The position numbers and the translations under genes are program-made. From Paramecium tetraurelia (Eukaryota), in the NCBI GenBank assembly GCA_000165425.1, contig CT868653.1, positions 124,001-188,000 of the forward strand: DNA of 64,000 nucleotides, in the 5' to 3' direction. Shown piece by piece: positions 39,162 to 52,560 of this stretch. Numbering within the stretch: the stretch's first letter is position 1; every line of letters starts with the position of its first letter. The notes below the pieces were generated by a model, which worked only from the letters and a program-made list of their open reading frames with translations, made no database searches and was not told the DNA's origin.

Positions 39162-41914
39162 ATGAGGCTCATTGTATAGCAATATTATGGTTTTGGCTAG
39201 AAGAAAACGTTTAAGATAGAAATCAATGATGATGAGACCTCAGATTAACTGATTACAGTAATCTCATCCAAAGTGGGACGTTAAGTATAGGATTTAGTAA
39301 TAAAGTGCAAAAGGGATTAATATTCTGTAAAAATTGCATAATATTTTAGATAAAAATAATAGAGGGTTGGCCCATAGAATTTTATGAATTGCAAGAAAAC
39401 CAGAATATTTTTGTTGAAGTCAGGGAAAATGAGTTGGATACAAAATAAAAAGAATAGAAGAGACAGACTGAAAAATACCTGAATAAATTATTCATAAACT
39501 AAAGAGAAAAGCCTTAAAAATTATCAGCAGTATCAGAAACAAGCGAAAATTCAGATGACGAGGCTAATTCATCTTCTAAGTAGAAATCATCAAATACCAA
39601 TGTTGATCCAATATAATCTGATTTAGATGATAAAATATTTCAAACAGTAAAAAGTGGAAATTTAGATATGTTAAAATAACTTTGTTAAAAAATAAACACT
39701 TCGTAATTAAATCAAGCAGCATTTGGTGGATGGAATCCAATTCATTTTGCAACTTTTTTAGAGTATAAATTAATTGTAGAATTTTTAATTTCTAAAGAAA
39801 TTGACATAAACAAAGTTACAGATGAAGGATGGACTCCATTATAGATAGCAGTGCATCGTCATAATGTTGAGATTGTGAAGGTAATACTGAATCATCCTTA
39901 AGTTGATGTGAATTTTATAACAGACAAGGGAATTGCAATAAGTTTGGCATGCAAATCGAATCAAATAAAAATCATCGAACTGTTAATTTAAAGAAATGCT
40001 GATTTGAGATTATAAGACAAAACAGAGAGAACAGCCTATGATTATTGTAATCAGGCTACCAAGATAGCGATTGAATAAATGAAGAAAAGTAATCAAATGA
40101 AAGATCAATTAAAAAATGCGGATGATTTTATTCCTCCTCGGCCACCAGTTGCCAAAGGGTTCATCTATAAAACAGGTTAAATGTTGGTCACCTTAAATGA
40201 GAGGTTTTTTGTATTAAATCCAGATGAGGGAACTTTCATAAGGTTTAAGAATATATAAGATTACCCTCTAAAACCATTGTAACTATAATGAAATTAATAG
40301 TTTTAAGAGAAATCATTCCTCTTAGAAGTGTTAGGAGTGTGCAAATGGCTCAGAAAGGTTTAATTTCGAAATCAGGATATCACTATTTCGAATTGCTATA
40401 TTCCGCTAGAATTTTATTAGCTTGTAAACATGATCACATAGCAAAGAAATGGGTAGAATATATCTATAAGGCGACTGTATATCACCAATATATAGAGGAA
40501 AAAATAAAAGAGTAATAATTATGATTATCAAAGTGGAACCCTCGATCCAAATTTAATCGATAAAAACGCTGAGGTTTTTATTGAAGACTCAAATACAAAG
40601 GCTCCTTCTTCTGATCCTCCTCCAAAACAGTTATCACCAGAACAATCTATCTCCTTACCTAGAGATGAAGCATCTATAATTTAAAATCGTCTATCAAATC
40701 CAGAACCTGCTATTAGATACAGCCAAAGTCCTCCTAGGAATTCAGATATTGAATAAGCAAAGCCAATTTCTCAATCTTTACCATAACCATAATCATCAAT
40801 TATGGAGAGTTAAAATGAATTACTTAAAGATAGCAAAGTGAATTTCGATTCATTTGAGGTCATCAAAGAGTTGGGATCAGGAGCATTTGGAAAAGTGTTT
40901 TTAGTTAAACATAAAGCAGATGGTGATGTATTTGCTATGAAAGCACTTAAGAAAAAGACATTAATCTTAAAAAAGTAAATCAAGTATGCTATTACTGAAG
41001 CCAATGTATTAAAGATGTGTCAACATCCATTTATTCTAAAATTACATTTTGCATTCTAAGTATAATTTTATTTTTAATTTATCAAATCAGACTCCAAATT
41101 ACTTATACTTGGTTTTAGATTATTGTCAAGGAGGTGATCTATCCTATCACATAGCTAATTAAGGGAAATTCTCAGAAGAAGCCACTAGATTCTATGCTGC
41201 AGAAATCCTCTTGGCTATTGAATATCTACACACTAAAGATATAATCTACAGAGACATGAAACCAGAAAATATATTATTGGACATCCAAGGACATGTCAAA
41301 TTAGCAGATTTTGGATTATCAAAAGAAGGAGTTACTGATCAAGATAAAGCAAAGAGTTTTTGTGGGTCTCCTGCATACTTATCACCTGATATTCTAAGTC
41401 AAAAAGGTGCAGGTAAGCCTAGTGATATCTATGGAATTGGATGTGTGATGTATGAAATGATGACTGGAGAATCTCCATATTATAATGATGATATACAACA
41501 GATGTATAAAAACATACAAAGTGGTACCTTGAAATGGCCAAAGAAAATGTCAATCGAAGCCAAAAACTTACTTACTGTAATAGCATCATATCTAATGTTA
41601 GAAAATGTTAGAGAGAGATCCAAATAAGAGAATAGGAACAAAGTCAAAGGATGAAATCAAACAGGATCCCTTTTTCAAAGGAATCGACTGGGATAAAGTG
41701 TATAAAAGACAATATAAACCTCCAATCACAGACTTCTCTGATATGCAAGATGATGATGATTAATAAGATTTTGAACCAGATGAATTAGGTTATTATGGAA
41801 AAGTTACTATTATTATTATCACTTTAGGCTATCTTTTAGGATTAGGATTACGAATAAGAAAATAATAAGACAAATAGAGTCAAAAACTTTAGTTTTGCCA
41901 CTAACTCATCATGA
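39162..41914 (+). CDS. Ubiquitin-like + ankyrin repeats + PH + AGC kinase
   Basis: Ankyrins GWNPIHFA and [19 protein letters not shown]...ERFFVL...KKWVEYI; kinase [42 protein letters not shown]; tail KNFSF. Confidence 0.9.
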
Positions 41915-41998
41915 TATATTATATAATGAATGATTATTGTCATTATTATTTTAAGTATTATATTAATTTAATTTATTAATTGAACACGACATTAAATA

Positions 41999-42512
41999 AT
42001 GCAAACCCCTGAATAAATCAAAGTGGAATCGAAAACTTGGAAAACCATCTATCCTCCATATATTGACTCAACATTAACTGCTGCACAAGGTAGAGTTATG
42101 AAATCTACAATCTAGGCAGAAGATTAGGAAAAATCAATTGTGTTCCTTATCCCTAATTGATGGAGATATCTTAATGTCTAAGTTCACTTGGACTGAGACA
42201 TGTGATTGATGTACTCAATTCATTTAATTAAGTAACATGCAGGATTTCCTCGGGATATCTTCAAGTAAGGTAGAATCAAGGTACGTCTTTATGCTGAAGA
42301 TAAAAAGCCATATAATCCATAAGTTAAATGCAGTATTATTTTACTAAATATCAGAGCATACTCTATTGTAATCCATTGCAAAACTGATTAAATCCATTCC
42401 AAACAGAAAGGTTGAAGTTCCTCCTTATATTAATTAAATGGAAATTGAAAAGCAGAACAAGCCTGCTCAAAAAAAGTAAACATCCAATAAAAAAAAGCAT
42501 AAAAATGGATGA
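41999..42512 (+). CDS. SRP19: Signal recognition particle 19 kDa protein
   Basis: WKTIYPPYIDSTLTAAQ/GRRLGK..CV.YP, FPRD...GRIKVRL, basic C-tail; three short introns. Confidence 0.92.
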
Positions 42513-42583
42513 GATTGTGTTCAAAGTTATTATATTTTTAAGAATTTAATTAAATTTATTTTATCGTTATATTTGAACAATAG

Positions 42584-43457
42584 ATGATGAAGAATTAAAA
42601 TCCAAAACAGAGTAATAAACCAAATCTATGTAAAATTACAAATTATCAAAGCATAGATTATTACCGATCTTTAACATTTGGAAGATATGGACAGACAGGA
42701 TATTGAGTAATAAAAAATTTTGAAATTATAATTGTCAAGAATAGAAAGTTTGAAAAAAGAGTATTCCAAAAAGGATCAAGAAATTTGTAGGCTAGAACAA
42801 CAAGTCGAACAATTCAGAATTTATTATGACAAATATGAAAATGTGAAGAAGCTTCTTGAATCAGCTTTGGAATAACTAGAAAAAATTGAAAATTAGAATA
42901 AAATGCTTTAAAAAAAATTAAGTGAATTTTAAGATACTTATGCTAAATTAGAATTAAAACATTAATCTCTTTTAGTTGATTTCAATAATGCAATCATGGA
43001 AAAGGAAGTCAATTAAATTTCTCAAAATAGTAGTTTAAGATTAGAACTTAATGAACTTAAATCGTAATATAACCAAAAGATATAGCATATGGAAACAGAA
43101 ATATAGAAGTATAAGTAAACCATCTAAGAGAAAGATGCATAAAATAACAATTTAACATCGTAATTAAACACATTTTCAAAATAAATCCTTTAATACAAAT
43201 AGTAGGCTAAAAACGTTGATCTCATTTTGAAAAATCATATTGCTTCAACTAAATAACAAAATAATTCTTATCCGTAATCAGTGTGTGAAACAGAAATTTA
43301 TAAGGAAGATTAAAATTTAAAAATATTATGCTCTTAATTAACCTAGGACTATGATGAAGCTGTTAAAAGAATTTAATAATTTGAAAGGTAACTAACTGAG
43401 TATAGAACAGAAAATCTAGAATTAAAGAAATATATTCAATACCTAACCGATAAATGA
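42584..43457 (+). CDS. Hypothetical coiled-coil protein
   Basis: MMKNQNPKQSNKPNLS/QIITDLQHLED... with a 22-nt intron; heptad-rich; TGA 43455-43457. Confidence 0.65.
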
Positions 43458-44278
43458 ATATAATTAATTAGTCTTTAAGCTTAATATATAATAAGTATAT
43501 TATTTAATCAATATATAATATTACATGCATTATTTGAAATTCGGGGATGCTTTGATGATATGTTTTTTGCTGACTGCCGTTTTGACTTTTAGCACTAAAT
43601 CATAAAATTCACTCTTTTATTTATATTTTTGATCTTATTAATTAATCTCATTATATGTCTTTCATATAATGACTAGCTTTAGAACTTTCAAAGTATGTCT
43701 ATTCCTTAAGTAACTACTTTAATATTCTCACCGTCTATTTATCTTCCTGACTATTATCTATATATTAGGCCAAATTTATAATGATTTACAATTTCAATAT
43801 TAATCTTGAAATTTCGTTATTTAAATAGTGAAGGTTATATTAATTGTACTGTTACTTTCTTTTTGAATCAAGAGAAGTTACTACAATTTATAGATATTTT
43901 AAATAAATTGTAATATGAATAACCATGCTGTTATAATATCAAACTGCTCTTGATATTCTTAAATTTTTGATTATTAATAATATTAAATAGTAATATATAG
44001 AGTTAATTTATTAAATCTACACCAATTACATAAGGGAATAGTCAAAATAATCAAAACTATTTTTTTCATTTTGTGTTGTTTCAGGTCTGTTTAGGACTTT
44101 GTATATAAGAATAAGGGGAAACAGATTTAGATGAAATAATTTAATATTTAATGCTTTGATTTATCAAATTATAGATATTGGATGCCTGTATAATGAAATT
44201 TGATGCCTAATAGGATAAATATTCTAGTTATAAATTCAATATAAACGAAAATCCATCAAAAATTTAGGTTTCTCTTGT

Positions 44279-44815
44279 TCATATGATTATCTGATTGAAT
44301 TTGATATAATAAGTAGGGTTATATCCTTCGTCCTCAAAATGAACTGATTTACAAAAGTGAGTAAAGGATGCTCTTTTTCCTAGATGATGTTCTAAGAGAA
44401 TTGATTTTGGATAACTATCTTCAGAAAAAGATCTTCTTTTTGTTGAGCTAGATTTAAATTAAGTACTTTTTGTATATTTCAATTGCTAGCAATGTTAATA
44501 AATATTTTTGCATTGATGTTTCTTTTATTTATTATGTTTTGTAGTATTAGTTTATTTATCTATAAAAAATTTTCGATTAGGATTTTTATGTATATGAGCT
44601 GCCTCTAAAATTTAATAATTTTTGATTATTTAATTAAAGCATTAATCATCTTCATCTTTCAATATCGGCTTTATATAATTCATAACTACGTTTTATTCTC
44701 GATTATCACAATTATGCTATGAATATTTGCGATGGTCACTCTTGATTTATGAGAGTGTTACATCTTAAGGACTGTCAGTTTGGCTAGTAGATAAGCAATT
44801 AAATGAAGAACCCAT
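44279..44815 (-). CDS. Small (178 aa) N-myristoylation-motif protein with KSIL and KSVHF motifs
   Basis: 537 nt uninterrupted code-6 frame: MGSSFNCLSTSQ...RRSFSEDSYPKSILLEHHLGKRASFTHFCKSVHFEDEG...III*. Confidence 0.6.
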
Positions 44816-45369
44816 TTCTGTAAATTATTGAATTATTTAGAATTTTTTAGAATTTATATGAATTATCTAAGTGGATTAATGGAGTGATCGAATATCTTAA
44901 ATAAAGATATAATATTCTTATAAATATATAAAATTTGTTAATTTAAATTGTTTTTGAATTCCTAAGCCAAAAAAATAGTTAAATATATCAGATTGGAATA
45001 CTGAATAAAACATATATCATAATAATTGAAATGAAAAAGAATTATAATATATGAGTCACTTCTGATTAAATTATTGAGACAAACGCAATTATTTAACTAG
45101 AAGATTAATTTTTACTATCAAACGAATTATCAAAATGCATATCTACCATAACTATATTGATATCTACTTTCCTTTTTAGACATTTGATATTAATATTTAT
45201 TTAGTTTAATGGAAATTTCATCTTAGTGAGTGTCTCCCATTTTCTCCCGCTCTAATATTTAGGTGATATTTACTTATGCAGCATTTGTGTATTTTAAATA
45301 GTTTAAGTATTTGAATTTCGTTATAATTCAAGTTAATGTTATATATTAATTATTATATTAACAATACAT

Positions 45370-46208
45370 ATGTTGACTAAATTGCTCTTAAAAGCAAGAC
45401 AAGCTTCCTTTTGTGGTATGATCAATAACTGAAACTATAGTTTACATCAAGAATTCTGTCAACTATCATGTAGCCAATAGCTAAGATCCTAATAGCAAAT
45501 TCGCGAATCCTTAGTTCAATTCAAGCATTCTTGATTTCGATAAGGATTAAGAGAATAACGTGTAAATGCATTATTACTAAGGTATTAATCTATTATTTTA
45601 ACAATTAGGTAAATTCATGCCTGATGAATTGGATTGGACTGATGTTTGGGAAACTGCATATTAGAATTTTACTTAACCAGAATATTTATATCACTTTTGG
45701 TTTTGTGGTGTATTGTATTGTTTTGAACCTGAATGGACAATTAATTATCCTTATGAAAAAGGACCACTCTCACCTCTTTTTAGAGGAGAACATGCCTTAA
45801 GAAGATATCCAACAGGAGAAGAAAGGTATATTACTATATAATGAAATAGATGTATTGCTTGCAAATTGTGTTAAAGTGCTTGTCCAGCCAGAGCAATTAC
45901 AATAGAAACGGAGCCTAGGCCAGATAATTCCAGGTAAACTAATATTTTGATATCTTTTTAGACGTACAGTACGTTATGATATTGATATGACTAAATGTAT
46001 TTATTGTGGATTTTGTTAGGAAGCTTGTCCTGTCGATGCAATCGTTGAAGTATTATATATCATTAATACCAAGGGACCTAATTACGAATACACAACTTAT
46101 CAACATGAGGATTTATTTTATGATAAGTTTAAGCTTCTTGAAAATGGTGATAAATGGGAACCTTAAATTGCTAGAAATATTGAATATTTAATAACAAGAA
46201 AATATTGA
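45370..46208 (+). CDS. NDUFS8: NADH:ubiquinone oxidoreductase Fe-S subunit 8 (TYKY/NuoI)
   Basis: [49 protein letters not shown] and [25 protein letters not shown]; several short introns. Confidence 0.96.
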
Positions 46209-47001
46209 TTTATTATTTTCAAATATAAAGAAAATTATATTGAATAAGATCATATTTAATACTATTACCAATTATAGGAGAAGATTAACAAAATCTTCTA
46301 CTTAATTAATTAAAATATAAATATTTGGATATTTTTTGTTAATGTGTATTATAGTTTGAGTATATATATTTTTATTAATAAGAATCCCTTACTTTCTATC
46401 TTAATGAAATAAATCTATATATGAAATATAAATCTTAGTTTAGAAAATCCAATTTCATTAATACAGTTTAGAAAATAATAATCAAATTAGATTGATTTAT
46501 TAATTTAGTTTAATTTTTCATAAATTTAAAAATAAATATACCAGGATAATTTTGATCAATATTTCTAGAAAGGTTTTTTATATTATTTAAATGTTTGGTT
46601 GATATTTGCAATTATTCACATATAAATCCATATGTGTATAAATAAGTTGCATTATTTTGAATCAATAAATGTAATAACACTATACGAGATCTATCATAAT
46701 ACAAATAATAATTCTTATTGATATTAATGTTAATATTATTTATATTATCAAAAATTAAGATTGGAAGATTTAGTGTTGATCCAAGTTTAGTTATGAGAAA
46801 AAGAGTGATCATGATTTAGACATTCTAGCTAAATGATTGCAAAAGAAGAAGTCACTGAAAACATTTTGTTAGGAATACTTTAACTAGTATTTCATTGGGA
46901 ATTAAAATAAGTTTAAATATTAATTAATATAATTAAGTCACATGACATATTATGAAATTATAATAAAAATTAGTTTACATGATCTCATTCATTTATAATA
47001 A

Positions 47002-48564
47002 ATGTAAAGAGACTCTCTATTAGAAAGAAAGGAAACCTTATAATAATTGAATAATGCAAAATTCGGATGGTTTCACATTAAAGCCTGTTTGGTATCTGGA
47101 ATAGGATTTTTTACAGACGCATATGATTTGTTCATAATTCAATTAGCAGTTATAATGATCGGAATGGTTTATTACCACGATGAAGTGCGTGATGGTGATA
47201 CCGTAATAAAGAAGGCAGATAAGCTCTACCCTGTATCTGAGACATTACTTAAACAATCAGCTTTGATTGGTACCTTAATTGGCTAATTATTGTTTGGATA
47301 CTTGGCAGATTTATTGGGTCGAAAGAAGATGTATGGAACCGAACTCTTAATCATTGTATTTACAACTGTTACTTCAGCTTTGGCAGCTAATACTGCTGCT
47401 CCAAACGGATTGACAATAGTAGGAATGCTAATAATTTGGAGATTCCTTTTAGGAATTGGAATAGGAGGAGATTATCCATTGTCAGCTATAATAACATCAG
47501 AATTTGCAAATACAAAAAATAGAGGTGCTATGATAGCAGCTGTATTTGCAATGTAAGGTTTCGGTATACTGACAGGAAGCTTAGTTTCATTATTGGTTCT
47601 GTTCTCTTTTAGTAATACTTTGAATAATTCTGATCCTCTCAATTATTTATAGATTGATCATGTATGGAGAATCATAGTTGCTTTTGGAGCAGTTCCTGGA
47701 CTTGTAGCAATATATTTCAGAATGACAATACCTGAAACACCAAGGTTTACAATGGACATAAAAGGGGATGTTGGAAAGGCCAAAAAGAATACTTAATAAG
47801 TTTTGAAAAATAACAGTAACGATATTTCAGAGGATGGAACTAGTTTGGATGATTCCAATTAGAAGATACAGAAACCATCATTTTACGAATTAAAGAGATA
47901 TTTATCAAAGTGGAGAAATGGAAAGATTCTATTGGGAACAGCCATGGCTTGGTTTGCTTTAGATGTTGGATTTTATGGTATTAACCTTAATTAAACTACT
48001 ATTTTGAAGTAAATGGGCTTTGGAAGTGGATCAGACCTAAGTTAATATGAAATCCTTAAACAAGCCATTTATGGAAATCTCATCACTTCAGCTTTGGGAA
48101 CTGTTCCAGGATATTGGTTGACTGTACTTTTCGTTGATAGATGGGGAAGAAAAAAGATATAAATAATGGGATTTGTTGCTCTCACTATTTTGTTCACAGT
48201 AATGGGGTTATGCAAAGATATATTAGGCCATTATTTATTCATAGCACTTTATACATTAGCCAATTTGTTTAATAATTTTGGTCCAAATGCTACAACATTC
48301 ATCATTCCTGGAGAAGTCTTTCCAACTAGATATAGATCAACTTGTCATGGAATTTCAGCTGCTTCAGGGAAATTAGGAGCTATAATTTCGTAAGTTTGGT
48401 TTCTTGGTTTGGGAGCTGATAATTTCTAAGCAATAATGTTAGTGTTTGCAGTCTTTATGGCTATTGGATTAGCATTTACTTTTTTGATTCCTGAAACAAA
48501 AGGCAAGACTTTGGAAGAGATTTGTGAAGTTCAATTGAAAAGTAGTTAGATTCAATGTGTATGA
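47002..48564 (+). CDS. PHO84: MFS phosphate:H+ symporter (Pho84/PHT1 family), intronless
   Basis: [86 protein letters not shown]; 1563 nt in frame. Confidence 0.95.
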
Positions 48565-48748
48565 TTTTATTAGTGTTAATTAATTATTTATACATACTAA
48601 ACATGCAAACTTTATTTCTGTATTCTAGAATTAATCTAAATTAAGATAGTAGAGCTTAAAAGATGGCTAAATCCTTATTCCAGTATTTTATGAAAAATAA
48701 ATTAAATAACTGATAAATAGTATTTTATTATATTTTATTTTGAGATAA

Positions 48749-49422
48749 ATGTAAATTCAAAAGTCCAGTTTCTCAACACATTTTCATCAAATATCTCCTC
48801 CTTTCTTAATGACAAAACGAATAAAATCAGAAGGCTAAGATTTTTTAACTGAATTAGATTTGAATGCTCAAAATTCCATTAAGAAAAGGGTACAGAAAAG
48901 CGAAGCTTAAATGACTGAGGCAAATCAAAAATTGATTCCAAGTAAGAACATTTAAGAACATAGAATAAAAAATGAACATTCAAGCAAGAAAGAAGGTTAT
49001 CAGAACTAAATAACCATCCTTGCCTTATCTCAAGCTTGACAATAAATTATATTATGATAAGTGGTACATCCCTTATGATCAAAGATATATTCCAAAAGTT
49101 AATTTAGCTCAAGAATCATATCAAGGTAATTAGTATTATATCATAGATCCATACCATTTTTACAAAAATATGCATTAAGCAGCTGCACAATACAACCCTT
49201 TCGAAAAGTAGTTACCTAAAGATCTTGAAAGAAATATTGAATACAAACATCGAGCAGACGTATTAAAGGAAATGTTGAAAGGCTAGAAAATGATTTATGA
49301 ATTCAGAAAGTAAATCAAATGCTTTTATAAGAAGATCTTTGGAGTCAAATCAATAACGCATTCCATAATTTGTAAAAAAAATAATGGAAGATAAGAAAAA
49401 TCCACTTTAAAAGTAGTAATGA
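48749..49422 (+). CDS. Hypothetical protein
   Basis: Code-6 frame with two ~21-22 nt introns; YYDKWYIPYDQRY segment; TGA 49420-49422. Confidence 0.6.
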
Positions 49423-49434
49423 TTGTTAAACTAA

Positions 49435-50861
49435 TCAAAATTTTACATTTTTTGGGATCCCAGTTGGTTTCCATAGTCTTTTCTATAATTGTTATTTATT
49501 GGATTACTATTATTGCACCTTTGGAAATCTTGCTTAATTAAATTATTCTAGCAGTTTTGAGTTTGTGATTTTTCCAAATCTTTTTGCAGCTGATATATTC
49601 ATAACTCTCTAATCAACTGAATTAGAATTTCGATAAGTTTGAGTGAATGAATTCACTTTTGTGCTATATTCAGCAGAATCTTTTCTTTATTAAGTTTTTG
49701 ATAAACTGCCATTCTAATGATTTTCGTCAGTCCCATATGATGTTTACCTTGCTTCAACAGAATGAGCCTTATTTCTTGTTTAGTTACCGTTGAATTAAGT
49801 ATTTTCATTCATTTATATTAATTTGGATCCATAAAATATTCCTTTGATGAGATCTTAATTAATAGATAAGATTCCTTATCCATCTTAAATTCCCTGCTTC
49901 CATTATCCTTTATAAAATGAGCCATCATGCCAATACATAGTTCCTTGGCCATCTCTTAAATCATTCAAGAATTATCCCTCATAACGATTTCCATCAGCCC
50001 ATATATAAATGCCATATCCCTGTTTCTGATCATTGATATATTCCCCATTATATTAATCAGATAATCCATTGCCTCTCTTCCAAATTCCTTTTCCATGTCT
50101 AACCCCATCTTTAAATTCTCCCTTATAAACTGCTCCATTGTTCCAAAAGTACTCCCCAATTCCATTAGGCTTTCCTTTTTAATATTATCCTATATAAGTG
50201 TCACCGTTAGTAAATTTTTCAGTTCCTTAACCATCCTTTAAACAATTTTTAAATTCTCCTTCGTAACGATCACCATTAATCCATAAATGCACACCATAAC
50301 CATCTGGAATTCCCAATTTCCATTCTCCAATATAGGAGTCTCCTTTAGAACCCTTCCAAATTCCAGAACCATGTTTCTTTCCTTAAAACCATTACCCTTC
50401 GTAGGTCTCATCATTTTGCCATTAAAATTTACCAGTTCCTTCAGGTTTTCCATTCGAATACTACCCAATGTAGAAGGAGCCATTAAAAAATAACTCTATG
50501 CCTCTTCCGTTCTTTTAGTTATCAGTAAAAACCCCTTCAAAGATGCTTTTCTGGTTTTTATAGTGAATTCCAATTCCATTCTTCTAACCATCGATTACAA
50601 TCCCATAAAAGAATTATTGTTTATCAAATATGCTTGTGAAATTGGGATTTTCGATCATTTCCTCGTAATTCTCAATAATTTGAGGCTGGCTGAATAGTGT
50701 GGCTAATCTACCTTATAATTTTGAATGAATTATTGGGCTTCATCTTCTGTTATAGGGAATGGACAATTGTGTAAGTGTTCAAGAACTGAGTTAACAGACA
50801 AATGGGTTTATTAACAAAATGAGAGCCTAGTAGATGTAAACTAATCTGTTTAATTATTCAT
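49435..50861 (-). CDS. MORN-repeat protein
   Basis: Tandem YxGxW/F..G..HG.G repeats (e.g. YEGQWF.GKKHGSGIW, YEGEFKNCLKDG.G, YKGEFKDGVRHGKGIW); ends RLWKPTGIPKNVKF*. Confidence 0.88.
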
Positions 50862-51399
50862 ACTTAAAATAAATTATTAAATTAAATTGAAAGACAATGC
50901 AATCTAATTGATAGGTGGGATATCAAAATCATTTATAAACTACATTTATGAGCAATTTAAAATTTATAAAATGCTCTTACTTATATAGAAAATTGGAAAA
51001 TTAAGGCCAAAGATTATTGAATGTAAAACAGATTATGCAAATATAAATATAAAATAGGTAAGAATAGAAAAATTGGAATATCCAGAAGATATCCCTTCAT
51101 TTGTTATTTATTCTATTCAATCTTAGTTATTTCTAATAAATTTATAAATTCAATAGGTGATTTTATGGCAATTGAAATTGAAGTAAATAAAAATCCTGAA
51201 CGAGGTCTATAAATAATAACCAAAAAATGGTTATGTGTAATATATACTGTATATATTTCAAATATGAATCTATTGAATTGCAACTTCTATAAGAATTTGA
51301 TTTAAATTGTTTTATTGAAGTTTGGGGAGAATAATGAAATTAATTTGCAATAATTTTAAATTAATATGCATAAAACACCAAAAAATGTGAAAAATGATA

Positions 51400-52427
51400 T
51401 CATTACTTTTGTCGCTTAAAAAATAACAGAGTGATTTACTTGAATTAATTAGTGAATTCTGGATAATTCACTTTATGGTACAATTACTGGCTTTAATTTT
51501 TTATCCTAAGAAATTTGATATAGGTTTACTTTTTGATTCATCACACTTGAAAATTAAAAGTGTTATAATAAGGCTTGACGACCTTGGATTCTGGCATACC
51601 TCAATTCGCATATCTAAATAAATGAAACGTAATTTACCTTTTCACTATTGAAGTGTGGCCAACCATTGTCATGAAAGTCCTTGTAAAATTACACAATGTA
51701 AAGTGGATGGATAAAATTAATGAATGCATAACCCATGTTACATTAGTTCTAAATTTAGTATTTGGTTGTATTTACCTTGAAATCTATGGGGAGATACAAG
51801 AAATCAAATAAATCATGATGTTTAAGGTCAATCAAATCTTACAACATTTGGATTGTGTACTTGTTTGGTATGTTCTTGATCATAATTGTTGTTCTCTCAT
51901 CGGAATAATTAATGATATCCTCGAGTCTGACAACAAAATAATGAGATTCTTCGTCTGAAATGGTCTTTCTTTTTCTCCTCTCTGTTTCTGAGCCACTAGT
52001 CAACAAGGATTGACGAGATGAGCCTAATTATAGACAAGGTTCATTGGATATCTCAGTGGAAAGATTCGAGCCCACTTTCTAATCAAAAGATTTATTATTA
52101 AAGACTTGGGAGATCTATTCCATTATTTAATCAGATGCTAGACTATTTTCTTTCTTGTAGAGAATTACTTTAGGTTCTAGAGAGTTAAACTTAAATATTT
52201 AATTTACCTGCGAACATTTTAATAGCTCTATCAATGGTATCGCTATTTGACTTGCTTTCTTAGCTCTCTTTGCTTTCATTCGACATGTTGTTGGTAACTT
52301 TCTCAATTTCATCAAATAATTCTTATGAACTGTGGTCTTTTTATTTTGATAAGATTTCATTTAAATCTCTATGATTTCTAATACATTGCAAGATCTGTTC
52401 CTAATTTAAACGTATCTGCTTGTCCAT
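51400..52427 (-). CDS. MEI2: Mei2-like RNA-binding protein (C-terminal RRM3 type)
   Basis: DERTTIMIKNIPNKYT, FDFLYLPIDFK/NQCNMGYAFINF, WPHFNSEK/ICELRYARIQG; the exact 3' end depends on a final 25-nt intron. Confidence 0.88.
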
Positions 52428-52560
52428 TAAAATATTAAATTTTATTTTTTTTAGTGTAATTCTTATAACAGTCCTCAAATGGTAATGCAGTATTAATATT
52501 TTTGAGTTATCCTCCAAACAGAGTGTAGGCACATCCAATAATCAATCCAAGATACAGAAA

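Noticed and set aside
43500..44270. Possible small gene or C/D snoRNA (TGATGA...CTGA at ~43553-43573)
   Set aside because: The boxes are too close together for a snoRNA and no convincing ORF was found on either strand.
49960..50600. Periodic repeats that might be a CRISPR-like or tandem DNA array
   Set aside because: Explained by 23-aa MORN protein repeats; no identical DNA repeats with spacers.
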